Positions 19,419 to 28,585 of a stretch of 57,253 nt of DNA are shown here, piece after piece. The position numbers and the translations under genes were made by a program. Where the stretch lies: positions 1-57,253 of the forward strand of contig JAOPTW010000005.1 of the NCBI GenBank assembly GCA_051532035.1, in the 5' to 3' direction. This stretch comes from Fibrobacterales bacterium. Lineage in GTDB: Bacteria > Fibrobacterota > Fibrobacteria > Fibrobacterales > JAOPTW01. The notes below the pieces were generated by a model. The model worked only from the letters and a program-made list of their open reading frames with translations, searched no databases and was not told the DNA's origin. Each line of letters begins with the position of its first letter. Positions within the stretch are counted from its first letter, which is position 1.

Positions 19419-19952
19419 ATGCTACGAATTTGTATTCTTCTTATTTTCTTTTATGTCTCTGCTTTTTCAGCAAACTCTGCTGTTATTTCTTCAATTATTG
19501 TCTCAACCCCTTCGACATTCACAACCTCTGACTCTAACAAAATTGTTACGATACAGTTACATTTTGAAAGGGCTCTTCCCGACCGCTACCTCTTAGAATT
19601 TGATGATGGTAATGGAATTCATGAGGGTGAAACAAACCTCTATCTTGTATTTCGAAATACAGAATTTGATTATTATAACCCCACAGAGAGTCATGGTAAC
19701 TGGTTACATGTATTTGCCGATTCAAATGACAGTTATCATTCCGATGTACCTGTCACTGTTTTAAAGATAGATCTTACACAGAAAGTAGCAGTAAAGTCCA
19801 AGTGGGATGATTCAAGTCTTACTTTGAGTTTTAGTGATAAACGTCATTTTTCTAATGCGAACGATATGTTCTGGAGTCTTCCTCTTACTGCACTCGGAGT
19901 TGCTTCTATACTTTTTTTGATTGAAAGTAGTGTACTTCCAGCAACTCAATAA
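19419..19952 (+). CDS. Exported beta-rich protein (AMIN-like?) with C-terminal hydrophobic anchor
   Basis: Signal peptide, short beta-strand pattern, C-terminal WSLPLTALGVASILFLI. Confidence 0.5.
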   Translation: MLRICILLIFFYVSAFSANSAVISSIIVSTPSTFTTSDSNKIVTIQLHFERALPDRYLLEFDDGNGIHEGETNLYLVFRNTEFDYYNPTESHGNWLHVFADSNDSYHSDVPVTVLKIDLTQKVAVKSKWDDSSLTLSFSDKRHFSNANDMFWSLPLTALGVASILFLIESSVLPATQ

Positions 19953-21070
19953 AAAAGACCTCTCCAAACAATTTTGCACGACACCCCATACTTCATAGGT
20001 TTAACATAATAAGTACCTACGTTTTCCCCATCTCCATCACGATCAATGTTCAGTCGTTCCACTCCAGTATAGTTTCCTGATGTAGTTTCCATAGCCTTTT
20101 TATCATTTGGGTCTATGTCATGGAGCCACGAAGATAAATCAGTATCAAGGGCAAGAGAGAAATGGATATTTTGTGCATAAAAAATTATCCCCGAGCTCAA
20201 AAACATTGGGTCTTCGCCAATCTCTTTAAAAAAGCCATCACTAAAACGACTCAATCGTGTCTGGTTAGAGAAATCTACAAAAAATGAGGATGATGTAAAA
20301 TAATACTCTAGTGCCACATTAAACATACGCACTTTATCGAGCACAGGGTTTAATGAAAATTTCATTCCGTAGTTTACTGATAGTTCCAAAGGAAACGGTA
20401 CTACAAAATGTTCAAAATTAAAGGTTAACAGAAAGAGGCTACTAAAACTATAATTACTTGCAGTATAAATTTGGTGAACAGGTTTTTGTCCGTCGACCGC
20501 CTGGTCCTTGGGGATATTCAAAACATTTTTTGGGAAAAAACCTCTATTAGGAGTACCAGTCGGAAAAGAGACACTTCCCAATAGCGCAATATCATATAGT
20601 GGATTATGTTTAAAAGGGTATCGAATTTTTAATAACAATTCTGTGTCACCTAGAGAGGGAGCATCAAGGTCAGAAAGGTTTGAAGACAAAGCCATATCTT
20701 CTTCTGTAACATCACGATGCTCTTGAATCATTGTAAATTCTTTGTACAAAGGAAGTGAAACCGAAGCCTCAATATATCGAGTAAGGGCTGTAGAGATAAA
20801 TGGTAATACCGTTAATTCACCACCATTAGAACGAGTTTGAAATAGCTTTGGCTTTTCATTTCCATAAAAATAAATTGATCGATTCTCAACCCTCCAAATT
20901 GTTAGACGCAATTCAAGACTTGAACCTAAGAAGAGAGTTCCTTGAGACATAGTTCGTGCAGAAAATGTTTTTCCTTGCCCCAATAAACCAAAATTATTTG
21001 GATTCTCTTTAGCACCAAAGCATATGGAGATTGAAATGATTAATACATAAAAAAGTATCAATTTTTTCAT
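19946..21070 (-). CDS. Putative outer-membrane beta-barrel protein
   Basis: Signal peptide, alternating hydrophobic strands (EASVSLPLY, LGDTELLLKIRY, LLGSVSFPTG), aromatic C-terminus, DRDGDGE loop. Confidence 0.55.
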   Translation of the reverse strand: MKKLILFYVLIISISICFGAKENPNNFGLLGQGKTFSARTMSQGTLFLGSSLELRLTIWRVENRSIYFYGNEKPKLFQTRSNGGELTVLPFISTALTRYIEASVSLPLYKEFTMIQEHRDVTEEDMALSSNLSDLDAPSLGDTELLLKIRYPFKHNPLYDIALLGSVSFPTGTPNRGFFPKNVLNIPKDQAVDGQKPVHQIYTASNYSFSSLFLLTFNFEHFVVPFPLELSVNYGMKFSLNPVLDKVRMFNVALEYYFTSSSFFVDFSNQTRLSRFSDGFFKEIGEDPMFLSSGIIFYAQNIHFSLALDTDLSSWLHDIDPNDKKAMETTSGNYTGVERLNIDRDGDGENVGTYYVKPMKYGVSCKIVWRGLFY

Positions 21071-23616
21071 TAATACCTCACTCGCGGAGCAGCTCTGAAC
21101 AATATATTTTGATCAATAAGAGTATCCGAGGGGATGGTAAATCGAACCCCTTGATTATCCCCTTCTTCTGTCACAATACTTAATCGGCGATTGCTCACAA
21201 CTATTTTAGAAGTATTATCCCCCTTAGTTGTACTACTCGTCTGGAACTGTTGAGCAGTTTCAATTCCATAGACTACTCTCTCTGGATTCTCCGCATCATT
21301 CACAAGAGTAGTAACTAATTTAAACTGCTGGAGCCCACTCTCTTGGTTATTATCCGCACGACAGTCCAGAACCAATGCATTAGACTCTTTATCATCATAA
21401 GTAAGGCATTTACCTGATTCACTATTTACAAAATTATAGAGCTTAGGACTGACGGTACTATCCATATATTTGATTTCCCACTGCTGACTTTCTGCACCAG
21501 TAACACCAGCAAGACTTAAGAGACTGTCTGAGATATTTTGTTCTGCGATATGAATAGAACTATTAGGTCCCGAAATTGAGTTATCGGTTGTAATAACATA
21601 CTCCATATCAGACCTGATAATTGGTTCTTTTGAAATCACCCCAAAAACTTCCACTTCTGCAAGCTGTAATATTGCCGTATCGAGCATCTGAATCCGTATA
21701 TATTGAGCACGCCTATTTAGCATATAGGTAATGCTATCTCTCTCAATTAACGGCTGCCCTACAGGGATTGTGTCATAAATTGCAGTTATATCCTGCCCCG
21801 AGGTTATTGCATCAATATCTCGACTAACCTCATCTACGCTCGTTTCAAAAGGTTTATTCGAGACAACAACAACAAAATTATTGAGTCTCTCTTTCCCTTC
21901 ATCTGTTCTATTCCATAAGGTTATTGTACTGATAAATTGCTGATCATTCAGTTCTAAATTCCACCATGGAGACTTTGTTCCCTTTTTCTTGATACCATAA
22001 TTAGTAGTGGTTACTGAACCGTTAGACAAATCTCCATCAGTACTTCCATCAATTGCCATATTAGCATTCAATGAAGGAAACTGTTCACCCGACTGCGTTG
22101 CAGTTCCAATACGCGCTACATTCTTTGATTCAACCTTAAAAGTGACACTTACAATAAGAGAGTCAATTGGTATAATTTCCATCTGGTCTTTAACAGTTCG
22201 GATAGAGAGGTCAACTGTTTCCGAACCCACCCAATTGGACTTTTTCGGCGTTACCAAAAGAAGAGAATCATCGCTCAGGTAAGTAAAATTAAGAAATTCT
22301 GAAGAAATCGTACCAGTGTTATACCATCTCACTTTCCACTGCTTATCTGGTAAGTTATTATCTACAATACTATCTAACTGGCTGTCGTATGCATAATTGG
22401 CAATATCAAGAGTATCAAAACCTTCCCCTACTTTAATGGTGTAGTTATAGATATAGGCGCTATCGATTTTTAAACTACTACTTGCGTTATTATACACTTC
22501 CACCGGAAAATCTTTGGTATCAGAACGCCCAAAACTGTTCTCTACCTTGATTTTAACCCTAACAAAGTCTGTTTTATTTTTATCGATAGTTGATAAAAGT
22601 AACGTACCGCTCTTAAGGAGTAATGTATCATATTCTAAGACGTTATCCTTCGTAAATTCAATTGTTACTGTAAGTGAATCATATGGGTGCTGTTCATCAT
22701 AAATAAGGCTGTCTAATCGAATAGGATAAAAGTCTGCCCCGAGAGGAATTGCAATCCCATCAATTGTAGGAAGGTAAGGACTCGTCTCTTCTTTAAAAAT
22801 ATTAAGCTTAAATGGGAACGAAGTAGTATCATACAGTCCATTTACTACTATTTCACTGAGCTCATAATCACGCACATCATGTTCACGAGGAGTGCCTTTC
22901 AAACACCACTCTTCTGTTTCATCATCCAAGTTTATACAGGTACCAAGAGATATACCGCCGATAGTATCAGTCCGCTTATTATCATAGTGAAGCTCAGGCA
23001 CGATTAAATCATTGCTGGCGAAATCAAAAGTCAAGATTTGTTTATAAAGAGAATCTTTAAAACCAAATTGTTTTATCCTAGTTGTTAAGACTGGAGATGG
23101 CACAGAATCGGCCCAAAAATCTACACAATAGCTCGAGTCGACTTCGGAAATACACGACTCTTTTGTGAATGCCTGATACAGTGCCACAGAACCTGGCGGC
23201 AAAATAAGTAATGTATCCAAATGGCCTCCTGATGGCCAGAAAAGGGAAGTGTCCAAAGGAGCTGAAGGCAGGGTAAGTGATGTATCAATTTCCGACAATA
23301 CATGGTTTTCGTAATAGGTACGTGCTTCTATACGAATTACCTGTCCCTCTTTTGGAAATGCTGACGCTATAATTAAAGTATCATTTCCGAATGACAGAAA
23401 TGTTGTATCAATAAAAGTAGAGTCAACAGTTTTTGAACCAAATTCAAAACTGTTGATTTCTAGACTTAATGAATCGTATCTAAATTCATCACGAATAGAC
23501 TTTAGATCTATATAGACGGTAACCTTATTGCGGACCGTTATCCACTCAGGCTCAGTTGAACACCCACTTGATAACAAGTAAATTATTAATAAGAGAATGG
23601 GAAAAGTCCCTTTCAT
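21070..23616 (-). CDS. Lipoprotein with Ig-like repeats, F-type lectin (fucolectin/discoidin) domain and C-terminal ricin-B-like domain
   Basis: SSGC lipobox-like site; NVAR..ATQS, AIDG, PWWNLEL, WNRTD, QYIRIQ, LQLAEVEVFG; QQW...NSESGKCL...QQF. Confidence 0.75.
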   Translation of the reverse strand: MKGTFPILLLIIYLLSSGCSTEPEWITVRNKVTVYIDLKSIRDEFRYDSLSLEINSFEFGSKTVDSTFIDTTFLSFGNDTLIIASAFPKEGQVIRIEARTYYENHVLSEIDTSLTLPSAPLDTSLFWPSGGHLDTLLILPPGSVALYQAFTKESCISEVDSSYCVDFWADSVPSPVLTTRIKQFGFKDSLYKQILTFDFASNDLIVPELHYDNKRTDTIGGISLGTCINLDDETEEWCLKGTPREHDVRDYELSEIVVNGLYDTTSFPFKLNIFKEETSPYLPTIDGIAIPLGADFYPIRLDSLIYDEQHPYDSLTVTIEFTKDNVLEYDTLLLKSGTLLLSTIDKNKTDFVRVKIKVENSFGRSDTKDFPVEVYNNASSSLKIDSAYIYNYTIKVGEGFDTLDIANYAYDSQLDSIVDNNLPDKQWKVRWYNTGTISSEFLNFTYLSDDSLLLVTPKKSNWVGSETVDLSIRTVKDQMEIIPIDSLIVSVTFKVESKNVARIGTATQSGEQFPSLNANMAIDGSTDGDLSNGSVTTTNYGIKKKGTKSPWWNLELNDQQFISTITLWNRTDEGKERLNNFVVVVSNKPFETSVDEVSRDIDAITSGQDITAIYDTIPVGQPLIERDSITYMLNRRAQYIRIQMLDTAILQLAEVEVFGVISKEPIIRSDMEYVITTDNSISGPNSSIHIAEQNISDSLLSLAGVTGAESQQWEIKYMDSTVSPKLYNFVNSESGKCLTYDDKESNALVLDCRADNNQESGLQQFKLVTTLVNDAENPERVVYGIETAQQFQTSSTTKGDNTSKIVVSNRRLSIVTEEGDNQGVRFTIPSDTLIDQNILFRAAPRVRY

Positions 23617-23703
23617 TTAGTTGTTCCTCTTATGCATAGTGTGATAAATATAACCAAAATTGATCTAAATCCAGCCGAGATTTTAGCTTTTTAATGATAA
23701 AAA

Positions 23704-24075
23704 CTATTTCAATTCCCGGTCGAGGTCACCCTTAATTTGCTTATACACATCTTGAAGGGTTTTGAAATCAGTCTCTTTTTTCTTAACCATAGTATCCCAC
23801 TCAGCGAGTGTTTTTTGAGCCTTTAACTCTAAATAGTGGAGTTTATCTCTCATTACATTAAGTGAGTCCTTCAAAAGAACTCTTTTTTCTAGTAATTCAG
23901 AGTCATCTGGCATTCTTTCAAGGTTAAACAATGTATTTATATACTCATCCTCTACATCTTGGTACTCGTCAATATAATCACGATATTGAAAGATATCGAT
24001 GAGAGTCATATCATTTTGATATGAACTACTGCACCCTATTATTAAAAAAATTGCACTAATCCAGAATAGTTTCAT
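23704..24075 (-). CDS. Small coiled-coil lipoprotein
   Basis: MKLFWISAIFLIIGC lipobox; helical heptad pattern; start reassigned to 24075. Confidence 0.6.
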   Translation of the reverse strand: MKLFWISAIFLIIGCSSSYQNDMTLIDIFQYRDYIDEYQDVEDEYINTLFNLERMPDDSELLEKRVLLKDSLNVMRDKLHYLELKAQKTLAEWDTMVKKKETDFKTLQDVYKQIKGDLDRELK

Positions 24076-24970
24076 AAAGAACCTCAGTATATTGAATACT
24101 TGTAAATGTGAGTTCTTCACCTGTAGTGCGCTCTATTACATGATTTATATGGCTTTGATTATCGACTTCTTTAACTACATCACCCGTTGCCACATCAACC
24201 CAAATAGTATATACCCCTTTCCCAGAGGCAGAAACAAAGCGAGAATTCTTAAAGGGTATCCCTCGTTCTGATACTGTACCTTCTACCATTGCAGCAGCAA
24301 CAAGCTGTTCAAGCATAAGGTGATTATAGAGTGGTGTCACAGAATAATAAATAGTAAAGGGCATAGTTTTTAAACCAATAGTCTTTACTAGATCGCCAGT
24401 TATCACTGAATCTATAGGGAAAGGAGCAGATTGAATTACCTCTCCCAACCGTGCTGTAACATTGGTAAGTACAGGAAAAGTACCCCTAAACATATGCTGT
24501 ATTGAATAGTAACCCTTTAAAGTAGTGTTAAAGTCTTCCGTAAAATTTTTCTTTCGAAGCTCATTGCGAAATCTATCCGGTATGGGTAATTGATTTACGA
24601 CGTTAGTATTAAATGTTTCAAATCCATCAATTGAAACAACGGTAGTCCCTACAGCACAATAGGTTATTGGTACTCGATGAGAGAGTTCTTGAGGGAGTGA
24701 ATGTTTATGGTAATAGCGTGAGTTTTCCCCTTTAAACGTTCGTGAAATACATACTGTATCTCCCCGGAGTTCAGGGCTATGCAGAGTATATGTTTCTGTT
24801 ATGGTTCCAACAAGTTCTGCTCCCCCATCACTGGTTGAATAGTGGCTCTGACGGTGTTGTAGCCGTTTAAGTTCAGATGGTTTTTGTATAATGGTCGCTT
24901 CTAAACTAAAATAGCATGACGTACAGATGCCCATGATACCAAACAGAACTAGGGTTGTTTTCAGAATCAC
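24056..24970 (-). CDS. Hypothetical lipoprotein
   Basis: AGAGG upstream of GTG start, hydrophobic signal with CTSC; no family recognised. Confidence 0.6.
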   Translation of the reverse strand: MILKTTLVLFGIMGICTSCYFSLEATIIQKPSELKRLQHRQSHYSTSDGGAELVGTITETYTLHSPELRGDTVCISRTFKGENSRYYHKHSLPQELSHRVPITYCAVGTTVVSIDGFETFNTNVVNQLPIPDRFRNELRKKNFTEDFNTTLKGYYSIQHMFRGTFPVLTNVTARLGEVIQSAPFPIDSVITGDLVKTIGLKTMPFTIYYSVTPLYNHLMLEQLVAAAMVEGTVSERGIPFKNSRFVSASGKGVYTIWVDVATGDVVKEVDNQSHINHVIERTTGEELTFTSIQYTEVLYETILD

Positions 24971-24991
24971 TTATATTCCTCTTAAATTTGA

Positions 24992-27325
24992 TTAATTCAT
25001 TTTTGCACAGCAACGAAATGAAATAGACGCGTCATTATATAAGGGCATTCCATATCTTTTCTGAGTCCCTAAACGATATCCATGAAAGGATGATCGATAG
25101 TGAAAAATCTGATTACCATAGAGTGTTATCTCATCTAATTTTTCTTCATTTCCCTTTTGTTCGAGTAACACAACCTCACTAGAATTTGAATCAACCCAAA
25201 GTTGCCCTTGATATTCATATTCATGTACAAGAACTACTTTTGCAAGAAGCGCTAGGGAGTCGAGAAAAAGCGAATCAGCTGGTGACAATGATTCTAAAGC
25301 AAAAGTCCGTGCACTTTCACGTACTCCATCCATTGTATCAAGCTGCTCCATTGAATAAACAACATTACTAAAATACCCAATAGAATCTCGCAATACATTG
25401 AGTCTTTCTTCAGATGGTATCGCACTATTATCACAGGTAGCATATTTAAATTTTTCTTCAAAAGAGACTGTTTCTTGGATCTGTTTATAACTCGCCCCTT
25501 TTATAACATAGTCAACTCCTGTTTCTGCAACCGTTGGAACCCGAGCACTATCATCGAGGGCGACCCATTCTTGTAATTGCCCAGGGAGATCACGTACCCC
25601 TTCCGCTGTGATACAGTTTTCTGAACGCCCATTAACATCCTCACTCTGGGCAGTCCCTATATTACAATACTCTTCGAGATAAAAGGTTACATCGGATATA
25701 GTACCATACTCGTGTCCCCCTCGCCCTGTACACGCTCTATGCCACTCTCTTTCTCTGCATAAATAGTGATCAGCTGAGATACTGGAACAAATCTGTTCCG
25801 CTTCTTTAGCAGTAACCGCAGTAATGAAGCCCGTAGAGTCTTGATGTTCTGACTGCTCAATACAAAAGGATTCTACTTCAATACTATCAGAGGTAAGAGA
25901 ATCTAAAGTAATGGGAATCATACCTGAAGGACAACGTGCAGTATCTGCTGTTTTATAAGAGTAAAAAATTGTATCGGTAAAAACGGTGTCTGACTTATGT
26001 CGTGATGCATCAGTAGCAACAATACCAACCAGTAACTTTCGTTCAGGAATGAGCTCATATAACGTATCTGAGAAGACCGAATCATTACCTTCATAATAGC
26101 GTGATAGATCAGATTTTGCAAAACCTATATAGGAGTCGTTCACGGTTCGCGACGCTCCCGAGCTATCCGAATCTAGAGTAAACACCAATAAATCATAATG
26201 GACAACATCACAATCATTACTTTCGGAGCCTGGTTCACAGTTCTTATTCTTAAGATCATTTGGAGCATCCCAATAGATCACTGCACTTGAGGAGTCATCA
26301 ATAAAAACAATAGAATCGCCAGTAATTGCGGCTGGTTGTGTACTATCAGTGAGAGTAATAAAAAGAGAATCGATAACAGCAGAATTACCCGATTCATCAT
26401 ATGCAGTAAAATTTTCTAATTTATAGGATGTTTCGGAGTCGAGACCTTTAAAAGTCATAGAAAAAACATCACTCTCCGTGCTATCATTAACCCGCCTCCC
26501 TCTATCTTCAATAAAAAAGAAAAGTCGTCTGCCAGCTACATACTCCTCCCAACCATCAATGATTTCAATAGTATTCGATTCACTTCTATAATATTGTCCG
26601 ATTCTTACTGCCGGGGTCTCAGTTACTATTTGTCCTGGTTTATAGATAGTAAGGGGTTCACCATTAAAGGTTACTGTGAGCTGTGATATTTGAAGAGTAG
26701 AATCGCCAGCGACAAGGGTTGAGTCTAAAGAGTAGAGTTTGATATCATACCCTATAATGATTCCTGAATCTGACTCGGGGAGATATACGTCAAAAACATC
26801 TGTGGGTCGTATCCAATTCATTTCAAAAGAGTCTTCATACACCGAAACCTCAGGAATCACAATCTCGGGCATTATAACGTCTGCAACATAAACCACAGTA
26901 TAGACTGGTTCTCCACCGAGCTCTCCTGCTTCGACCTCAGCCCATAACGTCACATTAAATTGCTGGGCAGAGAGAATTCCTTCATCGAGAAAGGGCTCTA
27001 AAGAGAGGGTGAGAATAGTATCAGATTCTGTTGCTTTGAAAGAAGTATCAGGAACAGGATTTTTATTGGCAACATCGTTGGCTAAAATAGAGTCCCCAAA
27101 CCAGAGATGATAATTCATCACCTTTTTATCACTGCTTGGTACTGTCCATTTTAACATCAAAGGCCCATTAAGTGTGTCTCGATAGGCTTGAAAGCTTGTT
27201 GGCTTTGCATTAAAATCTAGATCATCCGTCTCGCGAACATCGCTACACCCCATTAATAATAATGAAGCAACAACAGTAATTGTGCAGAAGGAAAGGGTCG
27301 CTTTTATAAGAGAGTGCTTTATCAT
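24992..27325 (-). CDS. Lipoprotein with fibronectin type III-like domains and C-terminal FGE-sulfatase (SUMF1/EgtB/PvdO) domain
   Basis: LMGC lipobox; LKWTVP, GLDSETSYKL...AYDESGN; CPSGM, EREWHRAC, GVRDLPGQLQEWV, KGASY, SFRCC. Confidence 0.75.
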   Translation of the reverse strand: MIKHSLIKATLSFCTITVVASLLLMGCSDVRETDDLDFNAKPTSFQAYRDTLNGPLMLKWTVPSSDKKVMNYHLWFGDSILANDVANKNPVPDTSFKATESDTILTLSLEPFLDEGILSAQQFNVTLWAEVEAGELGGEPVYTVVYVADVIMPEIVIPEVSVYEDSFEMNWIRPTDVFDVYLPESDSGIIIGYDIKLYSLDSTLVAGDSTLQISQLTVTFNGEPLTIYKPGQIVTETPAVRIGQYYRSESNTIEIIDGWEEYVAGRRLFFFIEDRGRRVNDSTESDVFSMTFKGLDSETSYKLENFTAYDESGNSAVIDSLFITLTDSTQPAAITGDSIVFIDDSSSAVIYWDAPNDLKNKNCEPGSESNDCDVVHYDLLVFTLDSDSSGASRTVNDSYIGFAKSDLSRYYEGNDSVFSDTLYELIPERKLLVGIVATDASRHKSDTVFTDTIFYSYKTADTARCPSGMIPITLDSLTSDSIEVESFCIEQSEHQDSTGFITAVTAKEAEQICSSISADHYLCREREWHRACTGRGGHEYGTISDVTFYLEEYCNIGTAQSEDVNGRSENCITAEGVRDLPGQLQEWVALDDSARVPTVAETGVDYVIKGASYKQIQETVSFEEKFKYATCDNSAIPSEERLNVLRDSIGYFSNVVYSMEQLDTMDGVRESARTFALESLSPADSLFLDSLALLAKVVLVHEYEYQGQLWVDSNSSEVVLLEQKGNEEKLDEITLYGNQIFHYRSSFHGYRLGTQKRYGMPLYNDASISFRCCAKMN

Positions 27326-27340
27326 ACAATTACTGAATAT

Positions 27341-27373
27341 AAAAAAAGAGGCTAATAAATTAGCCTCTTTTTT
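27341..27373 (-). terminator. Rho-independent terminator of rplU-rpmA
   Basis: AAAAAAAGAGGCTAAT-A-AATTAGCCTCTTTTTT hairpin with A/T tails on both sides. Confidence 0.9.
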
Positions 27374-27397
27374 ACGATTTTTATTTTTTAAGATATA

Positions 27398-27652
27398 TTA
27401 TGCAGGATATACTGAAATTTTCAGTCTTTTACGATCCAAACGCTCAAATTGAACTTTACCTTCAATGAGTGAGTAGATAGTATGGTCATTTCCCATACCT
27501 ACATTATTACCTTGGTGAAACTTTGTTCCACGTTGACGAACGATGATGTTTCCAGGAATAACAACTTCGCCACCATATTTTTTAACACCAAGATATTTGG
27601 CGTTTGAGTCTCTTCCGTTCTTAACCGAACCTTGACCTTTTTTGTGAGCCAT
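27398..27652 (-). CDS. rpmA: 50S ribosomal protein L27
   Basis: [16 protein letters not shown]...[13 protein letters not shown]. Confidence 0.99.
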   Translation of the reverse strand: MAHKKGQGSVKNGRDSNAKYLGVKKYGGEVVIPGNIIVRQRGTKFHQGNNVGMGNDHTIYSLIEGKVQFERLDRKRLKISVYPA

Positions 27653-27667
27653 TCTGTGCCTTCCTTT

Positions 27668-28108
27668 TTATGCTTCTGCAGCTTGAGCGATTTTTTGCTT
27701 TCTAGTCAAAGGCACATTTTGCTCTTTGGCTTTTGCAATTGCAGCTGTACGCTTTTTAGCTTGTTCAACAACTTTAGAATCGACTTTCGCAGACTCACCC
27801 GCAACGTTCATCTCAGTAATTACTACTTCAGTGAACCCTTGACGGTGACCGTTCTTAAGGCGATAGCCTTGACGTCTTTTCATTTTAAACACAATTTTCT
27901 TCTCATCTCTACCGTGAGAAAGGACTTCAGCTTTCACTGAACCCTCTAATACAGGGGTGCCTACTTTTGTTCCATTTTCAGAAGAAAACAAAAGTACGGA
28001 CTTGAAATCAATCTCTGTACCAACTTCAGCAACATTACTTGGAATGCGAATGACTTGGCCGAGAGCAACTTTTTGTTGGAAACCCGCTGTTTCAATTACA
28101 GAATACAT
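27668..28108 (-). CDS. rplU: 50S ribosomal protein L21 with C-terminal extension
   Basis: MYSVIETAGFQQKV, VGTP, FKMKRRQGYRLKNGHRQ; directly upstream of rpmA. Confidence 0.97.
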   Translation of the reverse strand: MYSVIETAGFQQKVALGQVIRIPSNVAEVGTEIDFKSVLLFSSENGTKVGTPVLEGSVKAEVLSHGRDEKKIVFKMKRRQGYRLKNGHRQGFTEVVITEMNVAGESAKVDSKVVEQAKKRTAAIAKAKEQNVPLTRKQKIAQAAEA

Positions 28109-28154
28109 ATATCCTCGATTAACATTTTAATTTAATTACGCGTTAAACGCATGG

Positions 28155-28185
28155 CAAATATAGCAACAGATGGCCTATCTTGCAA
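28155..28185 (-). promoter_or_regulatory. Promoter of rplU-rpmA
   Basis: TTGCAA-N17-TATATTTG on the minus strand; same elements as the metH promoter. Confidence 0.7.
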
Positions 28186-28293
28186 TATTTAAATAACAAT
28201 GTAGCTCTTTATTGCTCTTTTTAGCCTAAAATCAGGGTGACAGGGTCTCTATTATTTAATTACTATTGCACAATACCTTAAACAAAGCAATAT

Positions 28294-28536
28294 ATGCAGA
28301 AACTCCCCTTTACTATTCGATCTGACTGGAAACATTTTCAGGGCTTACAAAAAGACCCAAAATGGAAAAACACCACACAAGTGGAGGGATTTGTCTATAG
28401 TGCACTCTGTAGCGGCAATGACTGGGGTATACGCATGAATAATTTCCCTTCTGAGCCGGTATATACCCTTGTCATTGACGAAGAAGAGATTATTCACTTT
28501 GATGAATGGCCCGAATTCTGGAAGAAACCCCAATAA
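28294..28536 (+). CDS. Small hypothetical protein
   Basis: 80-aa ORF filling an intergenic gap; protein-like motifs IRMNNFPSEPVYTL and FDEWPEFW. Confidence 0.6.
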   Translation: MQKLPFTIRSDWKHFQGLQKDPKWKNTTQVEGFVYSALCSGNDWGIRMNNFPSEPVYTLVIDEEEIIHFDEWPEFWKKPQ

Positions 28537-28585
28537 TAGTTCATAGAAACACTATATTTATAGTCTCACGCACTAAAAGAACCAT

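Noticed and set aside
23640..23655. Half CRP-like site TGTGA-TAAATA-TAACC upstream of the lectin gene
   Set aside because: Second half matches only 3 of 5 and overlaps a -10-like element; too weak
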